Of a stretch of 32,000 bases of DNA, positions 9,793 through 21,200 are shown one piece after another (positions within the stretch are counted from its first letter, which is position 1; every line of letters begins with the position of its first letter). Made by a program: the position numbers and the translations under genes. This stretch comes from Candidatus Methanoperedens sp. (GTDB lineage Archaea > Halobacteriota > Methanosarcinia > Methanosarcinales > Methanoperedenaceae). A model generated the notes under the pieces. It made no database searches and was not told the origin of the DNA. It worked only from the letters and a program-made list of their open reading frames with translations. The stretch is from the NCBI GenBank assembly GCA_027460535.1, contig JAPZAR010000021.1, positions 30,279 through 62,278 of the forward strand, in the 5' to 3' direction.

Positions 9793-10086
9793 TTATTGTT
9801 CTTCTTCATCGGATATATTATAATCTTCAGGGATCTCTTCGGGTTTCTTGAACTGGTCTTTGACATGCCTTATAAGAACAACATCTGCGACGGCAGTAAC
9901 CCATCTGAAAGGGATGACCACTCCTTTGCCGGATGCATCGAACATATCAGGATTTAATTTCGTAACAGCAAGACCTGAAACCTTTTTATCATTCAATTCA
10001 AGTACAACATCATTTACTTTTCCGATGTAAACTCCTCTGTCAGTGTAAACATTCAAACCGAATAACGTTGAAACCTCTGCCTGCAT
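9793..10086 (-). CDS. PRC-barrel domain protein
   Basis: 97-aa ORF. GLNVYTDRGVYIGKVNDVVLELNDKKVSGLAV is a typical PRC-barrel core, followed by an acidic tail. Its stop is 3 nt upstream of the Thg1-like start, so co-transcription is likely. Confidence 0.7.
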   Translation of the reverse strand: MQAEVSTLFGLNVYTDRGVYIGKVNDVVLELNDKKVSGLAVTKLNPDMFDASGKGVVIPFRWVTAVADVVLIRHVKDQFKKPEEIPEDYNISDEEEQ

Positions 10087-10183
10087 CGTATCACCTTCAT
10101 CTGAATATGAATGATAGCAATATATACTTTATTGATTTTGGACTGGCGAAGTTTTAATATTGCACTGTGATGATTAAGGCAGG

Positions 10184-11881
10184 ATGCAAACTGATGATAT
10201 AAAGCTCCTTATTAGGAAATATGCCCTGCAGAATGCTGTCAAATATAACAAGACTCCACAGGCCGGAGCAGTCATGGGCAAAGTCATGGCAAATCCTGAA
10301 CTGCGCTCTCGCGCAAGGGAAATCACATCACTTGTGGGAGAAATTCTGAATGAGATCGAAGAGATGAGACCAGGGGCATGGGAAAAAGAACTAAATGAGC
10401 TTGCCCCTGAACTTATAGCTGAATTAAAAGAAAAGAAAGAGCCTGAAAAAGGTTTGCCATCGCTTGAACTCAATGGACCTCTTGTCATGAGGTTTGCCCC
10501 AAATCCCAATGGACCTCCAACTATTGGAAGCGCCAGGGGGATAGTGGTGAACTCTGAATACACAAGAAAATACCAAGGAAAGCTCATCATACGTTTCGAT
10601 GACACCGACCCTGCGACCAAGCGACCAATGCTTGAGGCGTATGATTGGTATCTTGATGACTGTGAATGGCTCGGGGCAACACCGGATGAGGTCGTAATAG
10701 CATCAGACAGGATCCCGCGATATTACGAGATTGCAGAACAATTGATAAAAAAAAATGGGGCGTATGTCTGTTTCTGTGAACAGGAAGAGTTCAAGGCGCT
10801 CAAGGATGCGAAGAGAGCGTGCCCTCACAGGGAACAGGGCGCCGAACAAAATCTTGAATTCTGGAAAAAGATGCTTTCTGGCGGGTATAATGAGCAGGAG
10901 GCTGTGCTTCGCATCAGGACAGATATCGGCCATAAAGACCCCGCTATCAGGGACTGGGTTGCGTTCCGCATTATCAACATCCCGCATCCAAGACCGGAGG
11001 TAGGGGATAAATACTGTTCCTGGCCTCTCCTTGATTTTGAGGGAGCGGTGGAGGACCATCTTCTGGGAACGACTTTGATCATTCGCGGCAAGGACCTCGC
11101 GGACAGCGAGACCCGCCAGAAATATGTCTATAAATACATGGGCTGGACTTATCCGAAAACATTGCACTGGGGACGGGTGCAGATACACGAGTTCGGGAAA
11201 TTGAGCACGAGCGGCTTGAAGAAAGCGATAGCTGAGGGTGTTTACACAGGGTGGGATGACCCGCGTGTGCCCACGATAAGGGCGCTTCGGCGGCGGGGCA
11301 TCAGACCTGAAGCTTTGAGAAAATTCATGATCGATCTGGGACTCGGGGAGACCGATATCAGCCTGAGCCTTGACACCCTTTACGCAGAGAACAGGAAGAT
11401 AATCGACCCGATAGCGAACAGGTATTTTTTTGTGTGGAACCCGGTTGAAATGGAGATCGAGGGCGCAGAGCCGAAGATAGCAAAAGCTCCCCTTCATCCG
11501 GCGCGGGGAGGATTGAGGGAAATTCCAGCGGGAACGACGGTGCTTGTATGCAGGAGTGATGTTGAAATCCTTGGGGTCGGAGAGCGATTGCGCTTAAAGG
11601 ATCTTTACAATATCCAGATAACGAGCATCTCACCGCTGAAAGCAAAGTTCATTGGAACTGATATGGACCTTGTAAAAAAGGAGAAGGCGCGCATCATACA
11701 CTGGGTGCCTCCCGACGGGCTTAAAGTCAGGGTGCTGTCGCCGGATGGTGAGTATTCCGGGATCGGGGAGCGCGGTATTGAGAAGGAACTTGACACAGTT
11801 GTGCAGTTCGAGAGGTTCGGGTTCGTAAGGATCGATAGCGTTAGCGGGGATGAGGTCGTGGCGTATTTTACGCACAAGTGA
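10184..11881 (+). CDS. gltX: Glutamate--tRNA ligase (archaeal-type GluRS)
   Basis: Class I core motifs are RFAPNPNGPPTIGSARG (HIGH region), IIRFDDTDP and a KMSKS-like FGKLSTSG. The C-terminal anticodon-binding beta-barrel region and 565-aa length fit archaeal GluRS. Confidence 0.9.
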   Translation: MQTDDIKLLIRKYALQNAVKYNKTPQAGAVMGKVMANPELRSRAREITSLVGEILNEIEEMRPGAWEKELNELAPELIAELKEKKEPEKGLPSLELNGPLVMRFAPNPNGPPTIGSARGIVVNSEYTRKYQGKLIIRFDDTDPATKRPMLEAYDWYLDDCEWLGATPDEVVIASDRIPRYYEIAEQLIKKNGAYVCFCEQEEFKALKDAKRACPHREQGAEQNLEFWKKMLSGGYNEQEAVLRIRTDIGHKDPAIRDWVAFRIINIPHPRPEVGDKYCSWPLLDFEGAVEDHLLGTTLIIRGKDLADSETRQKYVYKYMGWTYPKTLHWGRVQIHEFGKLSTSGLKKAIAEGVYTGWDDPRVPTIRALRRRGIRPEALRKFMIDLGLGETDISLSLDTLYAENRKIIDPIANRYFFVWNPVEMEIEGAEPKIAKAPLHPARGGLREIPAGTTVLVCRSDVEILGVGERLRLKDLYNIQITSISPLKAKFIGTDMDLVKKEKARIIHWVPPDGLKVRVLSPDGEYSGIGERGIEKELDTVVQFERFGFVRIDSVSGDEVVAYFTHK

Positions 11882-11913
11882 AAGATTATATTATTTGTAC
11901 AGAATAGGTATTT

Positions 11914-12621
11914 ATGGAAAAGAGAATAGAAGTTGTAGCAGGTACTGCGGGCTGGGTTGTCCAAGATTGTGGGATTGTTTTCAAAAAGGGGGCAGACTTC
12001 AATAATCTTCAGTTCGAGGCAAACCAACCCATCATATTCGAAAGTAACACCAAGACGAAGATTCTGAAGCAATTTCATCTAAATCGATATCACTTTGTAG
12101 GTGAGATAGAGGCCATTATGGTGGATTTAATAAGTCTCGATGTTGTGAAAGATGCCGAATCTAAATTTCTCAAGGATGATTTTAATTTTGAAGAATATCT
12201 GGAGGATTGGAGGAAGAAAGGATACGGGCCAAGAACAGTAGTTCAGGAAATAATTGTAGATTGTGGTTTTCCGATCAGGTTTAATTACGGTAATGAAGGA
12301 AATATACAATTCTTGAATAACTGGGGATGGGGGCATAGAATAGACAAACTAAGGCCTGGGCTATTTGTAGCTGGAGAAATGGCTTTACATTTCCTTACCT
12401 GCGTCGATGCTGGAATTCTTCGCAAAACTGTTGACTGTAAAGTCTTGAACATTTATGAAATAATAAAGGATCCGTTAAACCAAAATTTTGGAGAGGTTAT
12501 TGAGCTTGAAGACTCCGGAAACCCTTTCAAACTTGATAAGGATGATTTATTAGTAAGATTAGGAATTAATAATATTGGAAGATTTATTCGTGATCCAAAC
12601 TGTGAGATATTAACAAAATAA
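11914..12621 (+). CDS. Hypothetical protein, 235 aa
   Basis: Uninterrupted ORF starting 33 nt after gltX. It is visibly more AT-rich than both neighbours. No recognisable motif. Confidence 0.55.
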   Translation: MEKRIEVVAGTAGWVVQDCGIVFKKGADFNNLQFEANQPIIFESNTKTKILKQFHLNRYHFVGEIEAIMVDLISLDVVKDAESKFLKDDFNFEEYLEDWRKKGYGPRTVVQEIIVDCGFPIRFNYGNEGNIQFLNNWGWGHRIDKLRPGLFVAGEMALHFLTCVDAGILRKTVDCKVLNIYEIIKDPLNQNFGEVIELEDSGNPFKLDKDDLLVRLGINNIGRFIRDPNCEILTK

Positions 12622-12693
12622 TTCTACCATGATTCTCTTGAGAACAGTATAATATTATAACCGACGGGATGGCTATATTATTTAGAATAAACT

Positions 12694-15138
12694 TTAACTT
12701 TCCATCCTCTCCCTCAACCCCCTCGCCTTCTCACCCAGCTCTTTCCGCCCATATATCCCCGCGATCAATTCCACAGCTTCAAGCGCCCTCGCAGCCTGGT
12801 CCAGGTAATTCAGAACATCCCCGGCATACGCATAAATCCCATACTGCTTCGTAAGCTCAGCGATAATGCCATCAGGCGACAATCCTTCAGCGCACAGTTC
12901 TATGACCCTCTCCGAGAATTTCCTCTCAGCGCAACCGCAGTACGGTGCATCCTTGCACCTGCAGGCCATGAACTCACGCGCAAAATCAAGCATGGTGCGA
13001 CGGAGGTTCTCTTTCAGCTTTGAAAATTCGGCAGAGGAGAAAACGATATCAAGCCCGGCGCCGAACACGCGGGTCGGGATATCAGTCCCAAGGGCATCCG
13101 ATAACTGTGAGGCATACTTGAAATACACAGCGTCCAGGGTTCCAAGCCCCGTAACAATATCAAGCGGTTCCCGTCCTTCAAGCACGGCGTCCTTGATCAG
13201 GAAAGTCTGCTCAACACTTAGGAAATGAGACGCTACGATTTTTCCAAGTTTTGTGGGAGAATATCCTGAATCCTTTTTTTCTATGAACCCGTATTCTCTC
13301 AGTTTCCCGAGCAAATAATCTAGATCTCCCCTGCCCAGCAGTAAATCATCTAATTTCCTGATATCTGAAAGTTTACGCGCTACCATGATATTGGAAAGGG
13401 TCTCTTCAAGCAATTCATCGTCCCCATACTCCACGCCAAAATGCTCAAGTTCACCGCGCAGGAGCCTGAAAGCTATCTCGTCCTCGGTATCCCCTTTTCC
13501 GAACCTCTTTTCGGGGTCTGCGAGTAGCACCACTATCCCGCGATCATGGTAATCCGGTCTCCCCGCTCGGCCCAGCATCTGCTGGAACTCCCGCACCGTG
13601 AGCCACTCTATTCCCATGGCGAGGGATTCAAAAATTACCTGCGAAGCCGGGAAATCAACACCTGCTGCAAGCGCCGCCGTCGTCACGACCACTGGCAATT
13701 CTCCTTTCCCGAATCGCTCTTCCACTTTCTTCCGCTCATTGTATGAAAGCCCGGCATGGTAAGGCAGCGCTTTTATGCCAAGCCCGTCTGCCAGCATGTG
13801 GCAATTGCGGCGTGAATTGGTAAATACAATGGTCTGACCGAGGAAGCCCTTTGATGATCTCTTGCTATATTCCTGCCTCGCAAGTCGCTCTATCAAGCGC
13901 ATCTTCTCATATTCCGGCGCGAAGATGAGGTGCCGGTCGATCGGCACTGGCCGTTCTTCAAATTCGATTAACGCCGCACCCAGTTTTTCGGCCAGCCACC
14001 CAGGTTTTCCTACAGTGGCTGAGAGATAAATGAACTGTGCGTCTGGAGAAGTAAATTTCAAACGTGCAATAAGACCATCAAGCCTGTGCCCTCTTTCTTT
14101 GTCCTCGAGCATATGCACCTCGTCTATTACCACGGTACCGATATTCCCAAGCTGTCCGCCTGACCTGAGGATGTAATCGATCCCTTCATAGGTTCCCACT
14201 ATTATGTCTGAAGATAGTGAAGTCCGGACACCTTTTGCACCGCCTGTTATCCTGCTCGTTCCAACGCGAAGAGACGTTGTGGCAACGGAAGAATATCGCC
14301 TTGTGAACTGTTCATACTTCTGGTTCGCAAGCGCCACAAGCGGAACAAGGAACAGCATCTTACCTTTTTTATTCAGGATGTTCTGGAGACCGGCAAGCTC
14401 CCCGACAAGCGTTTTTCCGGTAGCGGTAGCTGAAACGATCAACTGGTTTTTTCTTTCAAGTAATCCTGCCTCGACCGAAAGCGCCTGGACTGGCAGCAGT
14501 TCTTCCAGCTGGCGAAGGAGGATCTTTTTGAGTTCTTCGTGGACAGGCAGGTCTTTTACTTTGATATGGCGTTCAACCCTGCTTGCCTCTATCGTATCGA
14601 ATCTCGTCAGGCCGGAATCCAGTTTTTCCGGGCTGAGCATCGCAAGTACCCTGTCAAGGTCTCTGCCCTGGAGCAATAACTTGATTAGCCTGTCCTGGCC
14701 GTGCCTGCCAAGTTTCGCGGTTTTTGCTTCCCGCATTAGTTCTTTTATTGCGCATTCTTCACACACATGTTCATTGTGAAATCGGATAGGATTGCCGTCT
14801 ATCGTGGTATATTTGCCGGCAAGGATACATAGCCGGCATGTGTTCGTATAGCCATAGTCCAGCTGGTATGCTGCCAGCATTTCTTTGAACCCTGCTTCCG
14901 ATCCCTCATTCCCTTCAGCGATAAGGATTTTATCTGCAAGGCGCAGGAGTTCGATGAGTTCCTCTGGCGCCCTGTATTCTTCTTTCTCTCCCTGCCTTAT
15001 CCTGAATTTACCGACACGTGCTCCTTTTGGGGTCTTTTTTAATGTGAGGATGCCCTGGAAAACAGGTTCTTTTGCATTGTCTTTAATTGGCAGAACGAGG
15101 ATTTTTGAATTTTGCGGGTGAATGATCACAGAAAGCAT
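12694..15138 (-). CDS. Ski2-like superfamily 2 DEVH-box helicase with N-terminal zinc ribbon (ASH-Ski2/Eta-like)
   Basis: Motifs seen are Walker A (SATATGKT), DEVH (VVIDEVHML), SAT (LSATV) and motif VI (QMLGRAGRP). A CxxC...CxxC pair (CRLC ... CEEC, nt 14752-14838) precedes the core, and a second Cys cluster (CRCKDAPYCGC) sits in the C-terminal domain. The 814-aa size matches archaea-specific Ski2-like helicases. Confidence 0.85.
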   Translation of the reverse strand: MLSVIIHPQNSKILVLPIKDNAKEPVFQGILTLKKTPKGARVGKFRIRQGEKEEYRAPEELIELLRLADKILIAEGNEGSEAGFKEMLAAYQLDYGYTNTCRLCILAGKYTTIDGNPIRFHNEHVCEECAIKELMREAKTAKLGRHGQDRLIKLLLQGRDLDRVLAMLSPEKLDSGLTRFDTIEASRVERHIKVKDLPVHEELKKILLRQLEELLPVQALSVEAGLLERKNQLIVSATATGKTLVGELAGLQNILNKKGKMLFLVPLVALANQKYEQFTRRYSSVATTSLRVGTSRITGGAKGVRTSLSSDIIVGTYEGIDYILRSGGQLGNIGTVVIDEVHMLEDKERGHRLDGLIARLKFTSPDAQFIYLSATVGKPGWLAEKLGAALIEFEERPVPIDRHLIFAPEYEKMRLIERLARQEYSKRSSKGFLGQTIVFTNSRRNCHMLADGLGIKALPYHAGLSYNERKKVEERFGKGELPVVVTTAALAAGVDFPASQVIFESLAMGIEWLTVREFQQMLGRAGRPDYHDRGIVVLLADPEKRFGKGDTEDEIAFRLLRGELEHFGVEYGDDELLEETLSNIMVARKLSDIRKLDDLLLGRGDLDYLLGKLREYGFIEKKDSGYSPTKLGKIVASHFLSVEQTFLIKDAVLEGREPLDIVTGLGTLDAVYFKYASQLSDALGTDIPTRVFGAGLDIVFSSAEFSKLKENLRRTMLDFAREFMACRCKDAPYCGCAERKFSERVIELCAEGLSPDGIIAELTKQYGIYAYAGDVLNYLDQAARALEAVELIAGIYGRKELGEKARGLRERMES

Positions 15139-15267
15139 TTGTAACGCTGAATAGTTGGCTCATGTTATTAATTTTGGGTGTATGGAAATTATTGTGATCC
15201 AGAAAAAAAGATATAATATAAAAAAAGATGGAGTTTCAGATATCGCAGTCTGAAGGCCAACATTCGG

Positions 15268-18200
15268 CTAATATTCTACCTTCAAGCTCCCTATATCGGT
15301 CATCAACTCCAACAGCACAATGCCAGATGGTGTCACTTTCTGCTCCTTTTTCCCTTCAATCTTAACACTTATCTCGGTTTGATCTTTTTTCCCGCTAAAC
15401 TTTGCCTTGGCATCGAAGAGCTTCTTAACTTCGATCTCTTGCTCCAATTCATTGAGCAAGCCCTTCTCCTCAGTGTATTCCACCTGATCTCTGTTCATTG
15501 CTATGTTCGAAACTGTTCCAGCGTTGTACTGTGTGCTGATGACCTCTATTTCAGCTTCCTTGCCCTCTTTCTTGTGTCTTAAGATGAGTGTGAGCGAGTT
15601 GTTTGCAATATCCCTGAGGGCGTACTGTCTCCGTTCCCAGGCTTTTTCGTTCTGGTCTTTTTGCTCTTTCTTATCTTTATTTTCTTTCTTCGAAGGCAAT
15701 ATTATATAGTTTGTATCATTTCCAGTCTCGACGTTGTATACCCTGAAATCTTTCAAGGAGATGTCGAATCTTATTGCTGCTTCTGGAGGTGTCTTGTCAA
15801 TTTTGATCGTTTGGCTCTTAATCAATTCTACGTTGCCCGCATTATCTGTTGAGCAATAGTAAATCGTTGATATCCCTTCGCTGCTTATGTTGAACGGGGC
15901 AGTATATCGAATCCAGGTTGCATTATCCAGGCTATATTCAATCCAGTTCACGCCCGAACCACCTAGATTGTCCGTTGCCGTTAGATTCATCCGGACATCA
16001 GAAATGTACCAACCGTTATTGCCAATGCTTCCAGATAATACAGCAGTTGTTATTGGAGATACGGTATCAGAAGTGGCTATTTGTGGAATAGATGGGCCAC
16101 CGTCGTCTATGATTATGCCATTGGCTGTAAGGTCATCGTCTCCTAATCCTCCATCTGTGAGTGTTATTGTTATGGTGTTGCCATTGATGCTGCTGGGAAT
16201 AGTGTACCAATGAGTATTGTGGTTTTCTCCATATTTCCAGTAAGTTGTACCATCTGGCAGGTATTCTGGAAATGTCATTGTGAGAGTTATGCTGCCGCCA
16301 AGATTTATGCCTGTAATGTTGAATCTGAAAAGACCATAATAGAGATTTGCCTCAATTGGAGGTTGTTCAAGTATGGAATTCGGATCCACAGCTATCATAT
16401 CTTGAATAGTGCCTGCGCTTGATTGAAGGAACACGGTGCCTTTTCCGGTGATAGATTCAATATGGAATCCGGATGGTTCTATCACTGATAAACTTACACT
16501 TCCACTAACTTCTCCATTTCTTGCAGTTATTGTTGTTATTCCTGGTGAAAATGTATATGCAAAAAATATACCTTGACCCATATCAAATGTTCCCAAGCTT
16601 GAATTGCTGGAACTCCAAGTTACTATAGAGGTGATGTCATTCCCATTTTGATCCTTCGCAGTAAAGGAAATTGTATTACCCATAGCAACTGATGGCATAG
16701 CTGGTGAAATAGTTATAGTTGTGATTGATGATGAAACAGTCACATTTACACCTTCTGTTAAACTACCACTTCGTGCTGTTATTATTGCTGTTCCTGTTCC
16801 AGTTGCTGTAAACTTTGCTCCTGAATAAAATGTGTCTGTAATCGGTTCAATTGTGCCCACTGTTGGATCACTGATGATCCACGTTACAGGTAATTCCATG
16901 ATAACTCCAAATTGATCTTTGGGCATAGCGAAAAAATCCCAATTATAACCCGCAAAAATCACTCCATAATCTTGAACCTCTTCGGTGGTGGGAGAAAGTG
17001 TTAAAGATGTTAATTTTTGTTCATACGGCATTTTAAATGATACCAACGGATATCTATCAACATCAGAACCCTCTTGAATATTATAACTTGAATCACATAT
17101 GTTATTATCGTCTGAATCAATACAACCTTCAAAATTTTCATCAAAATTACTATAATGATTACCTATATTCTCGTAATCCCACTGATTCTGACCATTGCTA
17201 TAAACTAGATCCTTTAAGAAATTATTCTGATAAATTACATTGTTATTGCTGGAATCCAAATAGATACCTGCCTCATTTGCCGATAATATATTTTTAAATA
17301 TCATATTCTCTATTGAATTATAAAAATAAATACCGTCACCATTTGAAATTACAATATTTTCTGATATAAGGTTATAATCAGAGCCGTCCAAAAAAATACC
17401 TTCACGATTATTCGAGTAAACATTCCCGTTGATGAGGTTATTTCTTGAAGATTTGAGGTAAACTCCATTTTGGTTTGAAAATATATCATTATTTGTAATC
17501 TTGTTATTATTCGAATTTACCTTAATTCCTGCATAATTGAAATCATAATTAACTTCCGAGTTTGTAACTCCAAATCCTTCAAGTGTTATTCCATTTGAGG
17601 ATATTGTAATTGGACTACCAAACCCCCCAGCATCTACTATTGGCTTCCCACTGCCGGTATCAACTCCTTTTAATATAAGTTCAGGAATATTCACGTCCGC
17701 GTTTTCATGATAAGTACCGCTGTTAACAAGGATTGTATCCCCAGGATATGCTGCATCGAGAGCATCTTGGATTCTGGTATAATCACAATCACTGGGGCAA
17801 ACTGTGCGCGTAATTGGAGTTGGTATCACAGGTGTTGTGGGTAATACCAATGAAACCAATGGATACCTATCCACATTATTTGGATCCAAAGGATTGTTTC
17901 CGCTTGGAATATTATAGCTTGAATCACATATGTTATTGGAATCAGAATCAATACAACCTTCAAAATTTTCATCAAAATTGCTGTAATGATTTCCAATAAT
18001 TCCATTATCCCAATTATTATTTGATAACCCATAGTTGTCAATGGCGTTTTCACTGTTACCAAAAAAATTGTTCTGATAGATATTATTGCTATTGCTTAGT
18101 AATATTATGCCCCCCATCTGGCAACATTCCAATCTTCTTAAACCATTTAGATAGACATTATTACCCGTAATGATATTTCCTTCTTGTGAATATGCACCTC

Positions 18201-21200
18201 CTCCAACAAAAAGTCCCATATTATTTAAATAAATATTATTGTTTGAAATAATATTATTGTTAGGACTTGAATGAGTTAAAATGCCAATACCATTGGAGAA
18301 AACATTATTATTTGAAATGTAGTTATTTGTTGTAGCTATATTTATTCCTGCATTGAAGTCAGCTTCGTATTCACCACCGCTATAAAAAAATAATTCACCA
18401 CCACTATTGCTTGCATTAAATCCTTCAAGAGTAATTCCATTAGCAGAAAGTTTGATCGCACTACCAGTGCCACCAGCATCTACAATCGGCATTGTACCAT
18501 CTGTTTTCTGACCCCGAAGGGTGAGTTGTTTGTTGATATCCACATTTTCTTGATACGTTCCACTATGCACTAAAATCATATCACCAATGTTCGCTGCATC
18601 AATAGCCGCTTGAATTCCGTTGTAATTGCAATTATTTTGGCAGACAGTAAGTGTCGCAGGATTCGGATTGGGCGACCCTATTACAAGATTTATGTTTGTC
18701 GTTTTTGTCTCTCCACCACCTGTTCCAACAATGACTACTGTATAAGATCCTCGTGGTGTTGTATTTGATGTAGTGATAGTTACTCTAGTAGCTTCATTAA
18801 GCATTGCCGGATTCTGAGAAAATTTACAGGAAGTTCCTTCCGGTAATCCGGAACAGCTAAGCATAACAGGTGTAACAAAACTTCCTTGACTGATGAGATC
18901 AATTAATAGTGACATAAAACCACCAATTGCAACAGACTGAGATGGTGATTCATAAAGTGAAAGAGTGAACGTTGGATCGTTGTCCAGAACTTGGTAATAT
19001 TCCTCGTGCACCTCATTTCCATTAGCATCTTTCCATGTCTTAGAAAGATCATAACTATCATAACCCCAACTATACCAGCTACCTGAACCATCATCTGCGG
19101 TAACATACATTGGAAATGAACTTAATCTGTCACTTGGACTGGTTAACTTTTTCGACATCCATGTATATTCTTGTTGGGAATCACAATATGAACTATCTTT
19201 ATTTGGATCATAAGAGTAATCCCTTGTGCAGTTATACTTTATACTTGAATCATAATCCCTGCGGTCGCCGATATTTAAAATTTTATGTCCGGGGAGTTCA
19301 GGTGTCGCTCCAAATGACCACTGATAATAAGTTTCTCCGACTAATAAATAATATTCATCATATCCATCGCCGTCATAGTCTTTTATATGCCAGTTATTAG
19401 CACAATAAGGGCTATTAACTACAGTTTTAAGATAGTAGCCCACATCAGTATTAGAGAGATCTTTCGAAAAATCCACACAATATGAAGGAATGCCCTGAAT
19501 ACTTGATCTTGTACTGAACTGCCAGCTATATGGTGACTGCAAATTATTATTTGCCAAATCCTTAACATTTGTTCCCACCGAAACAATATACGTTGCGTCA
19601 TAATCAAGGTCTGAACTTGGAGTATAAGTCATGGTGTTGCTGTTCCAGTAAAAGCTTCCTGCAGTTGAAGGAGATATTGAAAAAGACGATTCGGCAGATG
19701 CATGATCTATTGCTTCACTGAAGGTGATGGTTATTGATGTATTTGCAGGAATATTGCTACCAGTCGGAGTATTATAAGTGATTGTCGGTGGAGTGGTGTC
19801 TGTTGGTGGAGGTTGTCCTAACGATGCGCTAAAATCCATATGATCGCTATTATCAGCGGCATCGTTTGCCCAGTCGCTCCAGAAATAACCATTGTAAGCT
19901 CTTACATGCCAATGGTAATGCTTTCCATCAACTAAGCCCCCATTTATATATTCTGCAATTGAAGGTGTAATTTGAGAAGACTCTGGATTCGAAATAGTCT
20001 TTTCAAGAACAATCTTGGTGCCGTCAGTTTTCAAGCCGCTATCCTCCCAAACTCTAATTTGATAAGCTTTGATTTTATTTAAGGATATGTCACTTAAAGG
20101 AGGCCACCATCGATACGTGGGTGTTAAAGTATTGACATGAGAATCCATCTCTGGCTCTTGTAATATTGGTGTTTTTGGTATAAGATTTATCCTTCCTTTC
20201 CCATCCAATAGTGTTTCTTTTTCATCCTCGGTCAGGACGTCGATTGCTGTATCTTTCAGGATAGTTTCTGCTGTTGGTGCATTATTTCCCATCCTCTGTA
20301 AAAGTAAAAGTGCTCCAGCAACATGGGGCGCAGCAAAAGAACTTCCAGATATATAATTTTCATAGCCATTTTCCGAAGTATTTAATGTGTATATACTCTT
20401 ACCTGGTGCTGCAAAATCTGGTTTCGCATAATCTGGGGGTACGATTTTAGGATTTTGTGGGCTGCCACCCAAAAATAAGTAATCATTAAAATCTTGAATA
20501 GAAGAGACACTAATTACCTTTACACCAGTTGATGGTGATATAGGATACTTATCATCTTTATTTCCTGCTGCGGCAACGAAACTTGTATCACTGTCTACTT
20601 TATCTGATGCATACTGAGCGATCTCGTCATAACAGCTACCCTGAAAAGAAGGGCAAATTGAGGTGACAATAACATTTGCACCATTATCTACGGCAAAATT
20701 AATTCCAGCTTCATAATCAATAAGACCCGTAATACCCTCAGCAGGCTTTATAATAATGAATTTTGCTTTTGGTGCAATTTCCCAAATAATCCCTGCAATT
20801 CCAGTTCCATGTCCTTCACTATCATCAATACCGTAAATTGCATATGGACCACGAGAGGCAATTATATTTATTTTCCAATCAACAGGATTATTTTTACCGT
20901 CCATATTCACAATTGGGTGATCTATATCTATCCCTGAATCAATTATGGCTACAATTTTGCCCTCACCATAATTTCCCCATCCCCTTTCATGCATTTTGTC
21001 AAACCCAATATTTTCAATTCCCCAATTTTCTTTATTCATACAATCCCAATATGATTTTGGGTCGTTGTTTATTAAATCTGTACCGCATCTTATATCAGCA
21101 GCACTCGCTCCGCCAGCCAGCAATAAGATTGCCAGTATTGTTATCCCAAAAACTATCCTAAGGACACGCTCTTTATTCTTTTTATTCTTAAACATCTTTC

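Noticed and set aside
10703-11497. 264-aa minus-strand ORF
   Set aside because: It lies entirely inside gltX on the opposite strand. It is an Arg/Pro/Ser-rich shadow ORF.
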